Shown here piece by piece: positions 44,271-57,557 of a stretch of 64,000 nucleotides of DNA; positions within the stretch are counted from its first letter, which is position 1; each line of letters begins with the position of its first letter. The translations under genes and the position numbers were made by a program. Where the stretch lies: the NCBI GenBank assembly GCA_902559345.1, contig CACEHH010000003.1, forward strand, positions 1,316-65,315, written 5' to 3'. This DNA comes from an uncultured SAR86 cluster bacterium. Lineage in GTDB: Bacteria > Pseudomonadota > Gammaproteobacteria > Magnimaribacterales > D2472. The notes under the pieces are model-generated. The model did not search any database. It was not told where the DNA came from and saw only the letters and a list, made by a program, of their open reading frames with translations.

Positions 44271-44774
44271 ATGAACATATTTATTGTTGGTCCAATGGGT
44301 TCCGGTAAATCTACCGTTGGGAAAATTATATCTGACGAAATGTTTCTAAACTTTTTTGATACTGATGAAGAAATAGAATCTAGAACAGGGGCGTCTATTG
44401 ATTGGATTTTTGATCTTGAAGGCGAAGATGGTTTTAGAAAAAGAGAAAGCAGTATTCTGAATGAAATGGTTATAAAAAATTCTATTGTTCTATCAACTGG
44501 TGGTGGGATAATATTATCTGAAAACAATAGAGAGCTTTTATCTTCAAGGGGTACGGTATTTTATTTATCAACCCCTATATCTGTTCAGGTAGAAAGAACT
44601 GCAAAAGATAAAGATAGGCCATTGCTTAAAAATGGAGATCCTGAAGAAATCCTTACCAGGCTTCATGAAGAACGAGAGAGTTTATATGAAGAAGTATCAG
44701 ACCATGTTGTGATGACTGAAAATAAATCTAGTCAGGATGTAGCTTCTGAAATCATATCTTTGGTTAAGAGTTAA
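44271..44774 (+). CDS. aroK: Shikimate kinase
   Basis: 167 aa. P-loop GPMGSGKSTVGK, FDTDEEIE, and STGGG. Confidence 0.93.
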   Translation: MNIFIVGPMGSGKSTVGKIISDEMFLNFFDTDEEIESRTGASIDWIFDLEGEDGFRKRESSILNEMVIKNSIVLSTGGGIILSENNRELLSSRGTVFYLSTPISVQVERTAKDKDRPLLKNGDPEEILTRLHEERESLYEEVSDHVVMTENKSSQDVASEIISLVKS

Positions 44775-44777
44775 ATT

Positions 44778-45842
44778 ATGGCAGAAATATCAGCTGGAAA
44801 AGCCTCTTCAAAGTATCAAATTCATATTGCTGGCAAAAATTTACCAAAATCCGTTTTAAATAAGCATATTGGTAAAAAAAATAAAGTTCTTATTATTTCT
44901 GACAAAGGGGTTCCTAAAAAACATATAGATTCAATCAAAAGCATAATCAATAATAAAAATAAACATGTTCTGATATTAGAACAAGGAGAAAAATCTAAGT
45001 CTTTTTCATCTTTCCAAGAAATAATGAATAAGCTCTTTGAGCTTAATTTTGATAGGTCTGACTGCCTTATAGGGTTAGGCGGAGGCGTGGTTGGTGATAT
45101 AACTGGATTTTGTGCAGCTACTTTTTTAAGAGGCATCGATTATATTCAAATTCCTACAACACTATTATCCCAAGTAGATTCATCCGTTGGTGGTAAAACA
45201 GCAATTAACGTTCCACAAGGTAAAAATTTAATAGGATCATTCTATAATCCAAAATTTGTTCTAATATCTACTAGTTTTTTAAAGACACTTCCTAAGAATG
45301 AATATGAGTCTGGTCTAGGAGAGGTAATTAAATATGCTTTTATTGGCAATAAGAAGCTGAAAAGTATTATCGAAGAAAATGCTAGTAAGATAGTTAAAAG
45401 AAATGAAGGAATTCTAAAAATAATAATAGAAGAATCTATTAAAACTAAATCTAAAATTGTTACTAAAGACGAAAAAGAAAATGGTATAAGAGCAATCCTT
45501 AATTTTGGACATACTTTTGGGCATGCTATAGAAGCTTATGAAAAATATAGAAATATAACTCATGGCGCTGCAATTACTCTAGGTATGATTATTGCTTCAA
45601 AAGTTTCTTACTTTGAGGGACATATTAAAGATTATCAATTAGACAACGTAATAAATATGATTGATTCATTGGGCTTAAAAACAGATCACTCAAAATATAA
45701 ATATACAAATCTAAAGAAATATATGAAATCAGATAAAAAAGTTTCAGACGGTAAGTTAAATCTAATTCTAATTAACAAAAAATTTAATGCTTTTAAAACT
45801 TCTAAATTCAAAAATAAAAATATAATAAAAGCTTTAAATTAG
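44778..45842 (+). CDS. aroB: 3-dehydroquinate synthase
   Basis: 354 aa. LGGGVVGDITGF, DSSVGGKTAIN, and FGHTFGHAIE. Confidence 0.93.
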   Translation: MAEISAGKASSKYQIHIAGKNLPKSVLNKHIGKKNKVLIISDKGVPKKHIDSIKSIINNKNKHVLILEQGEKSKSFSSFQEIMNKLFELNFDRSDCLIGLGGGVVGDITGFCAATFLRGIDYIQIPTTLLSQVDSSVGGKTAINVPQGKNLIGSFYNPKFVLISTSFLKTLPKNEYESGLGEVIKYAFIGNKKLKSIIEENASKIVKRNEGILKIIIEESIKTKSKIVTKDEKENGIRAILNFGHTFGHAIEAYEKYRNITHGAAITLGMIIASKVSYFEGHIKDYQLDNVINMIDSLGLKTDHSKYKYTNLKKYMKSDKKVSDGKLNLILINKKFNAFKTSKFKNKNIIKALN

Positions 45843-48800
45843 GCAGCGTTTGCTGTGGTCGCCTTTAATAAATCTTGAATATTGGATGCAGCTGGAATGA
45901 CTAGCCAAAAGAAAGGCTCATATCTTTCAAAATCATTAAGTATTTCCTTTGCTTTGTTGCTCTTGGTATATTTGTAATGTTTTTCGAGTATTTCTTTTAA
46001 ATATTTTCTATGAGGCTGCATTTCCTCAGTGGTGATTCTCTCCAAGTTAACTAACCCTCTATTGCATTGATCAAAAAAAGTTCTATCTTGATCAAGAACA
46101 TAAGCAAAACCTCCTGTCATTCCTGCTCCAAAGTTTAAGCCTGTTGTTCCCAAAATAGTCACATGCCCCCCTGTCATATATTCACAACAATGGTCTCCCA
46201 CACCTTCAACAACTGCATTTGCTCCAGAGTTTCTTACAGCAAATCTTTCTCCGGCTGAACCAGCAATAAATAGCTCTCCTCCAGTTGCGCCATATAAACA
46301 AGTATTGCCAGCAAGAACTGTTTCGTCATTTTCTTTTGCAAAATCAGAATCATTTTTAATTACAATCCTTCCTCCATTCATGCCTTTTCCAACATAGTCA
46401 TTTGCATCTCCATTTACAGTTAAATTTAAATTATTTGCATTCCAACATCCAAAACTTTGTCCTGCAGAACCATTAAAATTTAAAGATAACTTTTTTTGTA
46501 ACCCTTTCTCACCGTATTTTTTAGCTATGTATCCAGATATGCTAGCTCCAACAGATCTGTCTCGATTTGAAACCCTAAAATGCAACGTTCCCTTTTTATT
46601 ATTGTCTATATATTTGATAGATTGATTTAATATCTTTTCTGCAAGAATACCTTTATCCCATGGATTATTTCTTTTGACTTTACAAAAATGTGGCTCATCT
46701 AAATTATCATTTCTTTCTAATAAACCAGATAAGTCGATCGATTTGTATTGATCCTCAATATCAATAATTTGTTCGAGATATTTTGTCTGGCCTATTATAT
46801 CTTCCAGCTTTGGAACACCTATATTCTTTAAATGATTTCTTACATCATTGGCAATAAAATTAAAATAATTTATAACTCTTTCTTTTTCTCCAATAAAATG
46901 TTGATTAATTAAGTCCTCTCTTTGAGTTGCAACTCCTGTGGCACAATTATTTAAATGACATATTCTTAAATATTTACACCCCATTGCAATCATAGGGCCT
47001 GTACCAAATCCAAAAGATTCAGCTCCTAAGATAGCAGCCTTTATGACATCAAGCCCTGTTTTCATTCCTCCATCAGTTTGAAGTCTTATTTTATGCCTTA
47101 AGCCAGAATCTCTTAGACTCTGATGAGCCTCTGCTAAACCAAGCTCCCATGGCGAGCCGGCATATCTTATTGATGTTAAAGGACTTGCACCAGTTCCCCC
47201 GTCATGACCTGAAATTGTTATTAGGTCTGCGTAAGCTTTTGCAACACCAGATGCTATAGTCCCAACACCTGGCTCTGAAACTAATTTTACAGAAACAAGG
47301 GCTCTAGGGTTAACCTGTTTTAAATCATAAATAAGCTGAGCTAAATCTTCTATAGAATAAATATCATGATGAGGTGGGGGTGATATTAATGTTATTCCAG
47401 GTGTTGAATATCTTAATTCAGCAATTAGTTTATTAACCTTACCACCTGGAAGTTGGCCACCCTCGCCTGGTTTTGCGCCCTGTGCTATTTTTATTTGAAG
47501 AACTTCAGCATTGACTAAGTAATGTGGCGTAACACCAAACCTTCCAGAGGCAACTTGTTTAATTTTTGACATCTTTATGGTTCCATACCTATGTTTACCC
47601 TCACCTCCCTCGCCTGAGTTAGATCTTGCTCCTAATGTATTCATTGCTTCAGCAAGCGTTTCATGCGCTTTTGGTGAAAGCGACCCAAGACTCATTCCAG
47701 CAGAGTCAAATCTTTTTATTATTTGTTTTACAGATTCTGGTTCTATATTTGATTGATCCTTAAGATATTTAACTTTCAATAAATCTCTTAACATTGCTGG
47801 GGGTCTTTTATCTACAAGATCAGAATATTGCTTATAAATTTCATCTGATCCTGTGGAGACTGCTTCTTGTAATTTTTTTACAATTTCAGGATTATAGGTA
47901 TGATATTCTCCACCATGAACATACTTTAAAAGCCCTCCAATACTTATATCAGACAAATTAGATCTGGCATATTCGTTTAATTTTTTATTCTCATAATGTA
48001 GGTCTTTAAAATTTTTTCCTTGAATCCTGCTTACAGTATTTGTAAAACACATATCTACAATTTCATCACTCAATCCAACTATTTCAAATAATTGAGATCC
48101 TCTATAACTAGATATAGTGGAAATTCCCATTTTTGAAATTATTTTTAATAAGCCTTTGTTGATACCTTTTCTATACCTAGCACAATTTTCATGTGCATCG
48201 CCTTGAAGTTCATTTCTGTTTGTAAGATCTAGAATAGTTTGATATGCCAAAGTCGGATAAACTGCAGTAGCTCCAAATCCTATTAAACATGCAATTTGAT
48301 GAGTGTCTCTTGCAGAAGAGGAAGTTACGAGAATATTTACTTTAGATCTTAAACCAAGTTTAACTAAGTGTTGATGTACACATCCAATTGCTAATAACGC
48401 ATTAATATGAAAAGAATCTTTGTCTGGAACAGATTCATCCAAGTGAATGATGGTATTGCCATCATTCACGCTTTGAATGACTTTTCTTTGAAGGTTTTTT
48501 AATGCAGTTTTAAGATCGATATTCCTTTTATATTCAAGTTTAATTTCATCACAATCATAATAAGGGTTACACAAAATCGATTGGAGTTTTTTGTATGATA
48601 AAACAGGTGAAGATGTAACCAATCTTTTTGCATGCTCTGGAGTTTCTTCAAAAATATTTAATTCTGGGCCATAACAAGTCTCAAGAGACATTACCGAAAC
48701 TTCTCTTAGTGAGTCAATTGGGGGATTGGTAACCTGAGCAAATTGTTGTCTAAAATAATCATATATCTGCCTATGCATTTTGCTCATAACTGCTAAAGCA

Positions 48801-50269
48801 GTATCATCTCCCATCGATCCAGTTCCCTCCTGCGATTCAATTGATAGAGGTTTTATAATTGATGTTCTCTCTTCTTTAAATAAAAGGAATAATTTGGAAG
48901 AAACATTAAAATCTTCTGAGGTAATTTTCTTTAATCCCTGGCCTTCATATTTATCTAAGCTTGATTCAATATAGATTGAGCTCTCCTTAAGCCATTCTCT
49001 ATAAGGAGCTTTTTGTTTAAGATTTTCATCAATCTGTTTTTCAGAAAATACCTCACCTGTTTTAGTATTAATAGCTATTATTCCTCCAGGCGAAACTCTT
49101 CCTTTAAAAGCAATTTTCTCGTTTTTAATTGGATTAATTCCAGTTTCAGATGCAATAGATATTACATTGTCATCATCTATCTGAAATCTTGCAGGCCTAA
49201 GACCATTTCTATCAAGCATGCATATCGCCCAATCTCCATCTGACATTACTATGCCTGCTGGACCATCCCAAGGCTCCATGTGCATAGAATTATATTCATG
49301 GAATCCTCTTATATCTGGATCTAGTAGCTGAGCATTTTGCCATGCTGGGGGCAAAACCATTCTTATAGATCTAAAAATATTTACACCTCCTTTAACTAAT
49401 ATCTCAAGCATATTGTCCAATGCTGAGGAATCTGAACCTACTTCGTTTACAATTTGTTTAAATTTCTGAATCTTAGGAATTAAAGGCGTTTTAAAATTGT
49501 TTGATCTAGCTTTTACCCAGTTTCTATTTCCTCTTATTGCATTTATTTCTCCATTATGGGCCAATAATCTAAATGGTTGAGCTAAATGCCACTTTGGAGT
49601 TGTATTTGTAGAAAATCTTTGATGAAAAACACAAATAGAAGACCTAAATTTGCTCGACTTCAAATCAAGATAAAAATTATTAATGTCTTTGGGCAACATT
49701 AAGCCTTTATAAATAATGGTTTTTGAAGACATACTACAAAAATATAGCTTTTCATCATCAAGGTATATTTCTTCAATAAATTTCCTAGATTGAAGGATAG
49801 CGGTTTGAAATTGACTTTCAGACAAATTATCTTTGCAAGGTTTTATAAATATTTGGTATATGCTTGGCAGACAATCTAAGCCTATATCTCCAAGAACTTT
49901 CTTATTTACAGGAACCTCTCTAGTCGAGATTATCTCTAATGCTTCAGATAAAAGTATTTTCTTAATTTTAGGTAATATTACATCCAATTCTTCAAAATAA
50001 AATAATTGCCCAATTGCAAATCTTTTTGGCAATTCAATATTTTGTTCCTTCGCAAGAATTCTCTTAAAAAAAGTTTTATCAATATCGATCAATAAACCAC
50101 AGCCATCACCTGTTTTTCCATCAGATCCAATCCCACCCCTGTGAGTCATGCTTACTAATGCATTTATGGAATCTGTTATTATTTTTCTAGATTTCTTGCC
50201 ATCAATATTTGCAATTAATCCAAAACCACAATTATCTCGAAAGTCATCTTTTTTATAGAGTTTAGGCAT
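45839..50269 (-). CDS. gltB: Glutamate synthase (NADPH) large subunit
   Basis: 1476 aa. N-terminal amidotransferase Cys (DNCGFGLIAN), then central, FMN/[3Fe-4S] and C-terminal GXGXG beta-helix domains. It is convergent with aroB with a 4-nt stop-codon overlap. Confidence 0.98.
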   Translation of the reverse strand: MPKLYKKDDFRDNCGFGLIANIDGKKSRKIITDSINALVSMTHRGGIGSDGKTGDGCGLLIDIDKTFFKRILAKEQNIELPKRFAIGQLFYFEELDVILPKIKKILLSEALEIISTREVPVNKKVLGDIGLDCLPSIYQIFIKPCKDNLSESQFQTAILQSRKFIEEIYLDDEKLYFCSMSSKTIIYKGLMLPKDINNFYLDLKSSKFRSSICVFHQRFSTNTTPKWHLAQPFRLLAHNGEINAIRGNRNWVKARSNNFKTPLIPKIQKFKQIVNEVGSDSSALDNMLEILVKGGVNIFRSIRMVLPPAWQNAQLLDPDIRGFHEYNSMHMEPWDGPAGIVMSDGDWAICMLDRNGLRPARFQIDDDNVISIASETGINPIKNEKIAFKGRVSPGGIIAINTKTGEVFSEKQIDENLKQKAPYREWLKESSIYIESSLDKYEGQGLKKITSEDFNVSSKLFLLFKEERTSIIKPLSIESQEGTGSMGDDTALAVMSKMHRQIYDYFRQQFAQVTNPPIDSLREVSVMSLETCYGPELNIFEETPEHAKRLVTSSPVLSYKKLQSILCNPYYDCDEIKLEYKRNIDLKTALKNLQRKVIQSVNDGNTIIHLDESVPDKDSFHINALLAIGCVHQHLVKLGLRSKVNILVTSSSARDTHQIACLIGFGATAVYPTLAYQTILDLTNRNELQGDAHENCARYRKGINKGLLKIISKMGISTISSYRGSQLFEIVGLSDEIVDMCFTNTVSRIQGKNFKDLHYENKKLNEYARSNLSDISIGGLLKYVHGGEYHTYNPEIVKKLQEAVSTGSDEIYKQYSDLVDKRPPAMLRDLLKVKYLKDQSNIEPESVKQIIKRFDSAGMSLGSLSPKAHETLAEAMNTLGARSNSGEGGEGKHRYGTIKMSKIKQVASGRFGVTPHYLVNAEVLQIKIAQGAKPGEGGQLPGGKVNKLIAELRYSTPGITLISPPPHHDIYSIEDLAQLIYDLKQVNPRALVSVKLVSEPGVGTIASGVAKAYADLITISGHDGGTGASPLTSIRYAGSPWELGLAEAHQSLRDSGLRHKIRLQTDGGMKTGLDVIKAAILGAESFGFGTGPMIAMGCKYLRICHLNNCATGVATQREDLINQHFIGEKERVINYFNFIANDVRNHLKNIGVPKLEDIIGQTKYLEQIIDIEDQYKSIDLSGLLERNDNLDEPHFCKVKRNNPWDKGILAEKILNQSIKYIDNNKKGTLHFRVSNRDRSVGASISGYIAKKYGEKGLQKKLSLNFNGSAGQSFGCWNANNLNLTVNGDANDYVGKGMNGGRIVIKNDSDFAKENDETVLAGNTCLYGATGGELFIAGSAGERFAVRNSGANAVVEGVGDHCCEYMTGGHVTILGTTGLNFGAGMTGGFAYVLDQDRTFFDQCNRGLVNLERITTEEMQPHRKYLKEILEKHYKYTKSNKAKEILNDFERYEPFFWLVIPAASNIQDLLKATTANAA

Positions 50270-50279
50270 AGATATATAA

Positions 50280-53046
<2,767 letters not shown>

Positions 53047-53050
<4 letters not shown>

Positions 53051-53922
53051 TCTTCCCAAAGCCTAATTAATCCCTCTTGAGTACAAGATGCAATTAACTT
53101 TCCATCTCTAGAAAAAATTGAGCCCCTAGAAAATCCTCTTGCATTTCTAGTAATTGGGCTTTCAATCGTATACAAAAACCATCCATCTAAATTAAGCTTT
53201 CTGTGAAACCACATTGCATGATCAAGGCTCGCATTTTGTAAGTTTTTTGTAAGAAAATTTACTCCAACTGAGTTATTAGCCGCTCCTAGCAACCCCATAT
53301 CAGAAATGTACAAAAGAAATGCTTGTTGGATTACTTGATCTTCCGGAAGCTTGCCGCCTGTTTTAATCCAAGTATTTTTATAAGGAGGCATCCTTTCAGG
53401 TTTAAAATAATTCTGTTTTTCAACAGGCCTCATTTCAATTTCTCGTTGCTTAATAAACATAGGCATGTCTTCTTTTTTCATCTTTAATTCTTTAAGAATC
53501 TCTTCTCTAATCTCTTGCTCACTTTTTAATGTTTCAGGTTCTGGAACATTAGGCATATCAATTTGATGCTCTAAACCTTTTTCTCTTTTTTGAAAAGAAA
53601 TTGAACAATTGAAAATAACCTCTCCATCTTGAATTGCTTTAACACTTCTTGTTGTAAAACTCTTACCATCTCTGATTCTATCTACAGTGAATGTGATTGA
53701 TTTTTCCATTATTCCCGGTCTTAAGAAATATGAATGAAAAGAGTGTGCGAAATGTTTAACATCTACAGTTTTATATGCAGCTATAAGAGTCTGCGCCATA
53801 ACTTGCCCCCCAAATATTCTCTTATAACCTACATTTTTTCCAGTCCAGCTAAAAATATCTCTATCAACTTTCTCTAAGTTAAATAGTTCAAGTGATTTTG
53901 TAAGCTGAGATTTATTTGCCAT
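53047..53922 (-). CDS. tesB: Acyl-CoA thioesterase II
   Basis: 291 aa. LELFNLEKVDRDIFSW...RIFGGQVMAQTLIAAYKTV is collinear with the E. coli TesB N-terminus. Double hot-dog fold length. Confidence 0.9.
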
Positions 53923-53923
53923 T

Positions 53924-54679
53924 TTATGTTGCGCTTAAACCACCATCAACAATCAATTCAGTTCCTGTTATAAATGATGACTCATCTGAAGCAAGAAAGA
54001 CTGCAGCATTTGCAATATCTATAGGTTCGGCAAGTTTTCTGATAGGAATCTGTTGAATGAGTTTTTGTTCAATATTTCTTTCTGGAGCTGAATCAATCAT
54101 ACTTTGCACCATTGCAGTCCTAGTAAAAACTGGATGCAACGAATTACATCTAACAAGATTGGTTGATTTTGCACAATGTAAAGCAACTGATTTTGATAAA
54201 TGTCTCACAGCCGCCTTAGAAGAGTTATAGGCAGACGTGTTATGCGAGGCAACTATTCCAGACATGGATGAAATATTAATTATAGAGCCGTTTCCTGATT
54301 CTCTCATTAATGGCAATGAATATTTACAACCCATGAAAACTGAATCTAAATTAACTTTATGAACTAATTCCCATAGTTCCAGATCAGTAGATTCAACATC
54401 TCCTCCTCCTCCCATGCCAGCATTGTTTACTAAAATATTTAAGGAGCCTATGTCTTTTTTTATTTGAGCTATTGCTTTTTGCCAATGATCAGCGCTTGTT
54501 ACATCTAGTATAATGTAGTCGCATGAAAGCTCTTTAGCTGCTTCTATTAATGTATCTTCATTTATATCGCTTATGACAACTTCAGCACCTTGTGAAATCA
54601 TACACCTTGCCATTTCTTTGCCCAATCCCTGAGCCCCTCCGGTGATGAGTGCAACTTTATTTTTTAATCTTTCTGACAT
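53924..54679 (-). CDS. Short-chain dehydrogenase/reductase (classical SDR)
   Basis: 251 aa. TGGAQGLGKE, NNAG, and the catalytic S...YNSSKAA. Confidence 0.88.
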   Translation of the reverse strand: MSERLKNKVALITGGAQGLGKEMARCMISQGAEVVISDINEDTLIEAAKELSCDYIILDVTSADHWQKAIAQIKKDIGSLNILVNNAGMGGGGDVESTDLELWELVHKVNLDSVFMGCKYSLPLMRESGNGSIINISSMSGIVASHNTSAYNSSKAAVRHLSKSVALHCAKSTNLVRCNSLHPVFTRTAMVQSMIDSAPERNIEQKLIQQIPIRKLAEPIDIANAAVFLASDESSFITGTELIVDGGLSAT

Positions 54680-54785
54680 ATTTTTTCTTAAATTTTTATT
54701 ATGATATCTTACATTGTTTATAAAAAAACTAGAACTTTAAACTATCAAAAGGTAGGATATGCAGTCCTAATATAGAGTTTTAATA

Positions 54786-55754
54786 ATGACATTAAATAAA
54801 AAAATAGAGTTACCAAGCAAGCCTGATAAAAAATTTGCTGTTTCTGATGTTTTTGATATTGATTCAAAACTTTCTGTAAAAGGCTTCAACGATAAATCAG
54901 ATTGGGTTCCTGAAATAGATAGTTCTTATGTATTTGATAAAAATACAACATTATCCATATTGGCTGGTTTCGAGCATAACAGAAGAGTTATGGTTCAAGG
55001 GTTTCATGGGACAGGTAAGTCAACACATATTGAACAAATAGCTGCAAGATTAAATTGGCCATGTGTCCGAATTAATCTTGATAGCCATATCAGCAGAATT
55101 GATTTATTAGGAAAGGATGCTATCAAACTAAATGATGGTAAACAAATCACAGAATTTCAAGAAGGGTTATTACCATGGTCAATTCAAAATCCTGTTGCCT
55201 TGGTCTTTGATGAGTATGATGCGGGTCGTCCAGATGTTATGTTTGTAATACAGAGAATACTTGAGGTGGAGGGTAAGCTCACTCTTCTTGATCAAAATAA
55301 AATCTTAACTCCACATCCTTCTTTTAGATTATTTGCAACAACAAACACTGTTGGTCTTGGAGATATGACTGGCTTGTATCACGGAACTCAACAAATTAAT
55401 CAAGGCCAGTTAGATAGATGGCATATTCTTTCGACACTAAACTATCTTAATCCTAAACAAGAATATAAAGTAGTCGCATCCAAATTAAACAGTCTCAAAG
55501 GAGCAAAAAATCAAGAAATATTAATAAATATGATTAAGCTTGCCAACTTAACGAGGTCTGGTTTTGCTAATGGTGATATTTCTACATTAATGTCACCAAG
55601 AACAGTTATTTCGTGGGCTCAGAATTACAAAATATTTAAAGATCTTGTTGATTCATTTAAGTTAAGCTTCTTAAATAAATGTGATGATATTGAAAAACCA
55701 ATTATCTCTGAATATTTTCAACGCTGTTTCGATAAAGAAATTGATGAAATTTAA
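54786..55754 (+). CDS. cobS: CobS-type AAA+ ATPase (aerobic cobaltochelatase small subunit family, MoxR-like)
   Basis: 322 aa. Walker A GFHGTGKST and Walker B LVFDEYDAGRPDV. Length and pairing with a CobT-like vWA protein fit CobS. Confidence 0.8.
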   Translation: MTLNKKIELPSKPDKKFAVSDVFDIDSKLSVKGFNDKSDWVPEIDSSYVFDKNTTLSILAGFEHNRRVMVQGFHGTGKSTHIEQIAARLNWPCVRINLDSHISRIDLLGKDAIKLNDGKQITEFQEGLLPWSIQNPVALVFDEYDAGRPDVMFVIQRILEVEGKLTLLDQNKILTPHPSFRLFATTNTVGLGDMTGLYHGTQQINQGQLDRWHILSTLNYLNPKQEYKVVASKLNSLKGAKNQEILINMIKLANLTRSGFANGDISTLMSPRTVISWAQNYKIFKDLVDSFKLSFLNKCDDIEKPIISEYFQRCFDKEIDEI

Positions 55755-55767
55755 CATAATATAGTTT

Positions 55768-57537
55768 TTGATGGGATGGAATAAACATAGAGAAAGACTC
55801 CATGAGGCAGCCTTTTCATCAGTAAAAGCTATTTCTAATAAAAAAGATTTAACTTCTAGCACTGGCCTATCGCAGAGACCTCCTATTGAAAAAAATATCA
55901 TCATTCCTTCTGCACCCCGGTCATCAAAAGATTTAAATAAATGGAGGGGGGAATCAGACTATCAAGCCTTCTGGCATCTTTTTCATAAAAAAACGAAAGA
56001 GCTGCCCCTAACGTTAAATGCAAGAATGATCTTTAATGAATTGGAGATTTCAAGGGTAGAATTACTTGGTAGCTCTAAATACAAAGGTTCACAAAAGAAT
56101 ATTTCAGAATACCTTAATCAAAGAAGCGCAAATATAGATGATAAGAAATCAATGAGCACTTTGGCTTATGGAGCAAACCTGTGGCTAAAAAATGCTGCAA
56201 GATTTAAATTAAGTGATGAATCTAAGAATATTTTGCAAATATTTAAAGACAAATACAATTTAAATGAATCCATAGAGCTGGTAGCTAAAACATTAGTCGA
56301 TAATATTGACAATCAAATTAAATTTGAGAAATTATCATTAAAATTTCTTCAAAAACTCAATCTTGCTAAAGATATAGCTGATAAAGATAGTGATTCTAAT
56401 TCTGATCATACCCCTGGCACAAATGATGAGCTTGAAAACAACAATATTGAAGAAGAATCTCAGCTAACAGATGAGAATGAAAAAAATATTGAGGACTTTC
56501 AAGGGAATATAGAAGTTGATATTCAAGAATCACTTGAAAATATAGATGACGCATCAATACAAGAAGAAATCGAAGGAGTTTCATATCTTAATAATGAACT
56601 CTATTCAAATTTTAATAATGATTATTCTATATATACTTCAAATTTTGATGAAATAATCGATGCTAAAGATTTAGTGACTAATGATGAATCTATGAGACTG
56701 AGAAACCAATTAGATAATTTAATTAAGCCTCATTTATCAACAATTGGAAAACTAGCGAATAGACTTCAAAGATTGTTATTGGCGAAACAAAATACCAGCT
56801 GGAACTATAACTTAGAAGAAGGAATATTGGATAATGCAAGATTGCATCGAGTTATTGCAAATCCAGGATATCCACTAAGCTTTAAACAAGAGACAGAAAA
56901 TAATTTTAAAGACACTATTGTTACTCTCTTAATTGATAATTCAGGTTCAATGAGAGGAAGATCCATTAGTTTAGCTGCAATATGTGCAGACATTATTGGA
57001 AGTACGCTAGAAAGATGCCAAGTTAAAACAGAAATACTTGGTTTTACAACCAAACATTGGAAAGGTGGAGATTCAAAAAAGCTTTGGGAAATTAATGGCA
57101 GTCGCTCTAATCCTGGAAGATTAAATGATATTAGGCACATAATATATAAAAGTGCTGATAATAGTTGGAGAAGATCCAGAAAATATTTTGGTGCAATGTT
57201 GAGAGAGGGTTTGTTAAAAGAAAATGTTGATGGTGAAGCTCTGGCATGGTCACATGAAAGATTAACTAAAAGATCAGAAGAGAGGAAAATAATGATTGTT
57301 ATATCTGATGGGGCTCCTGTAGATGACAGTACAAATTCAGCAAATAGAGAAGATTTTTTAGACAACCATCTGAAAGAAATTATCTTCAAGATAGAGAATG
57401 AAAGCAATATTGATCTTCAAGCAATTGGTATAGGTCATGATGTAACAAAATACTATAAAAATGCACTTACCATTAATAGAGCTGAAGAACTTGGCGAAGT
57501 TTTATTGGATGAATTGACAAAACTTTTCAATAATTAG
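55768..57537 (+). CDS. cobT: CobT-type protein (N-terminal CobT domain, acidic linker, C-terminal vWA/MIDAS domain)
   Basis: 589 aa. The acidic low-complexity linker spans about 56381..56581. The C-terminal vWA domain has the MIDAS motif LLIDNSGSMRG and ISDGAPVDDST. Confidence 0.78.
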   Translation: MMGWNKHRERLHEAAFSSVKAISNKKDLTSSTGLSQRPPIEKNIIIPSAPRSSKDLNKWRGESDYQAFWHLFHKKTKELPLTLNARMIFNELEISRVELLGSSKYKGSQKNISEYLNQRSANIDDKKSMSTLAYGANLWLKNAARFKLSDESKNILQIFKDKYNLNESIELVAKTLVDNIDNQIKFEKLSLKFLQKLNLAKDIADKDSDSNSDHTPGTNDELENNNIEEESQLTDENEKNIEDFQGNIEVDIQESLENIDDASIQEEIEGVSYLNNELYSNFNNDYSIYTSNFDEIIDAKDLVTNDESMRLRNQLDNLIKPHLSTIGKLANRLQRLLLAKQNTSWNYNLEEGILDNARLHRVIANPGYPLSFKQETENNFKDTIVTLLIDNSGSMRGRSISLAAICADIIGSTLERCQVKTEILGFTTKHWKGGDSKKLWEINGSRSNPGRLNDIRHIIYKSADNSWRRSRKYFGAMLREGLLKENVDGEALAWSHERLTKRSEERKIMIVISDGAPVDDSTNSANREDFLDNHLKEIIFKIENESNIDLQAIGIGHDVTKYYKNALTINRAEELGEVLLDELTKLFNN

Positions 57538-57557
57538 TAATTATTATAAAATGTTAT

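Noticed and set aside
54680-54785. Possible cobalamin riboswitch upstream of cobS.
   Set aside because: The spacer is only 106 bp and very AT-rich, and I could not find a B12-box-like GC-rich core. Only a weak TAGGA-N7-TCCTA inverted repeat is present.
56381-56581. Repetitive-looking GA/GAT-rich DNA in cobT, considered as a tandem repeat or CRISPR-like array.
   Set aside because: It encodes the acidic Asp/Glu/Asn-rich linker typical of CobT proteins. There is no regular repeat-spacer periodicity.
56805-57407. 200-aa ORF antisense to the cobT vWA domain, long for an AT-rich genome.
   Set aside because: It fully overlaps the conserved MIDAS-containing part of cobT. Its composition is Ser/Leu-rich with no recognisable domain. 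I treat it as a shadow ORF arising from codon bias on the sense strand.
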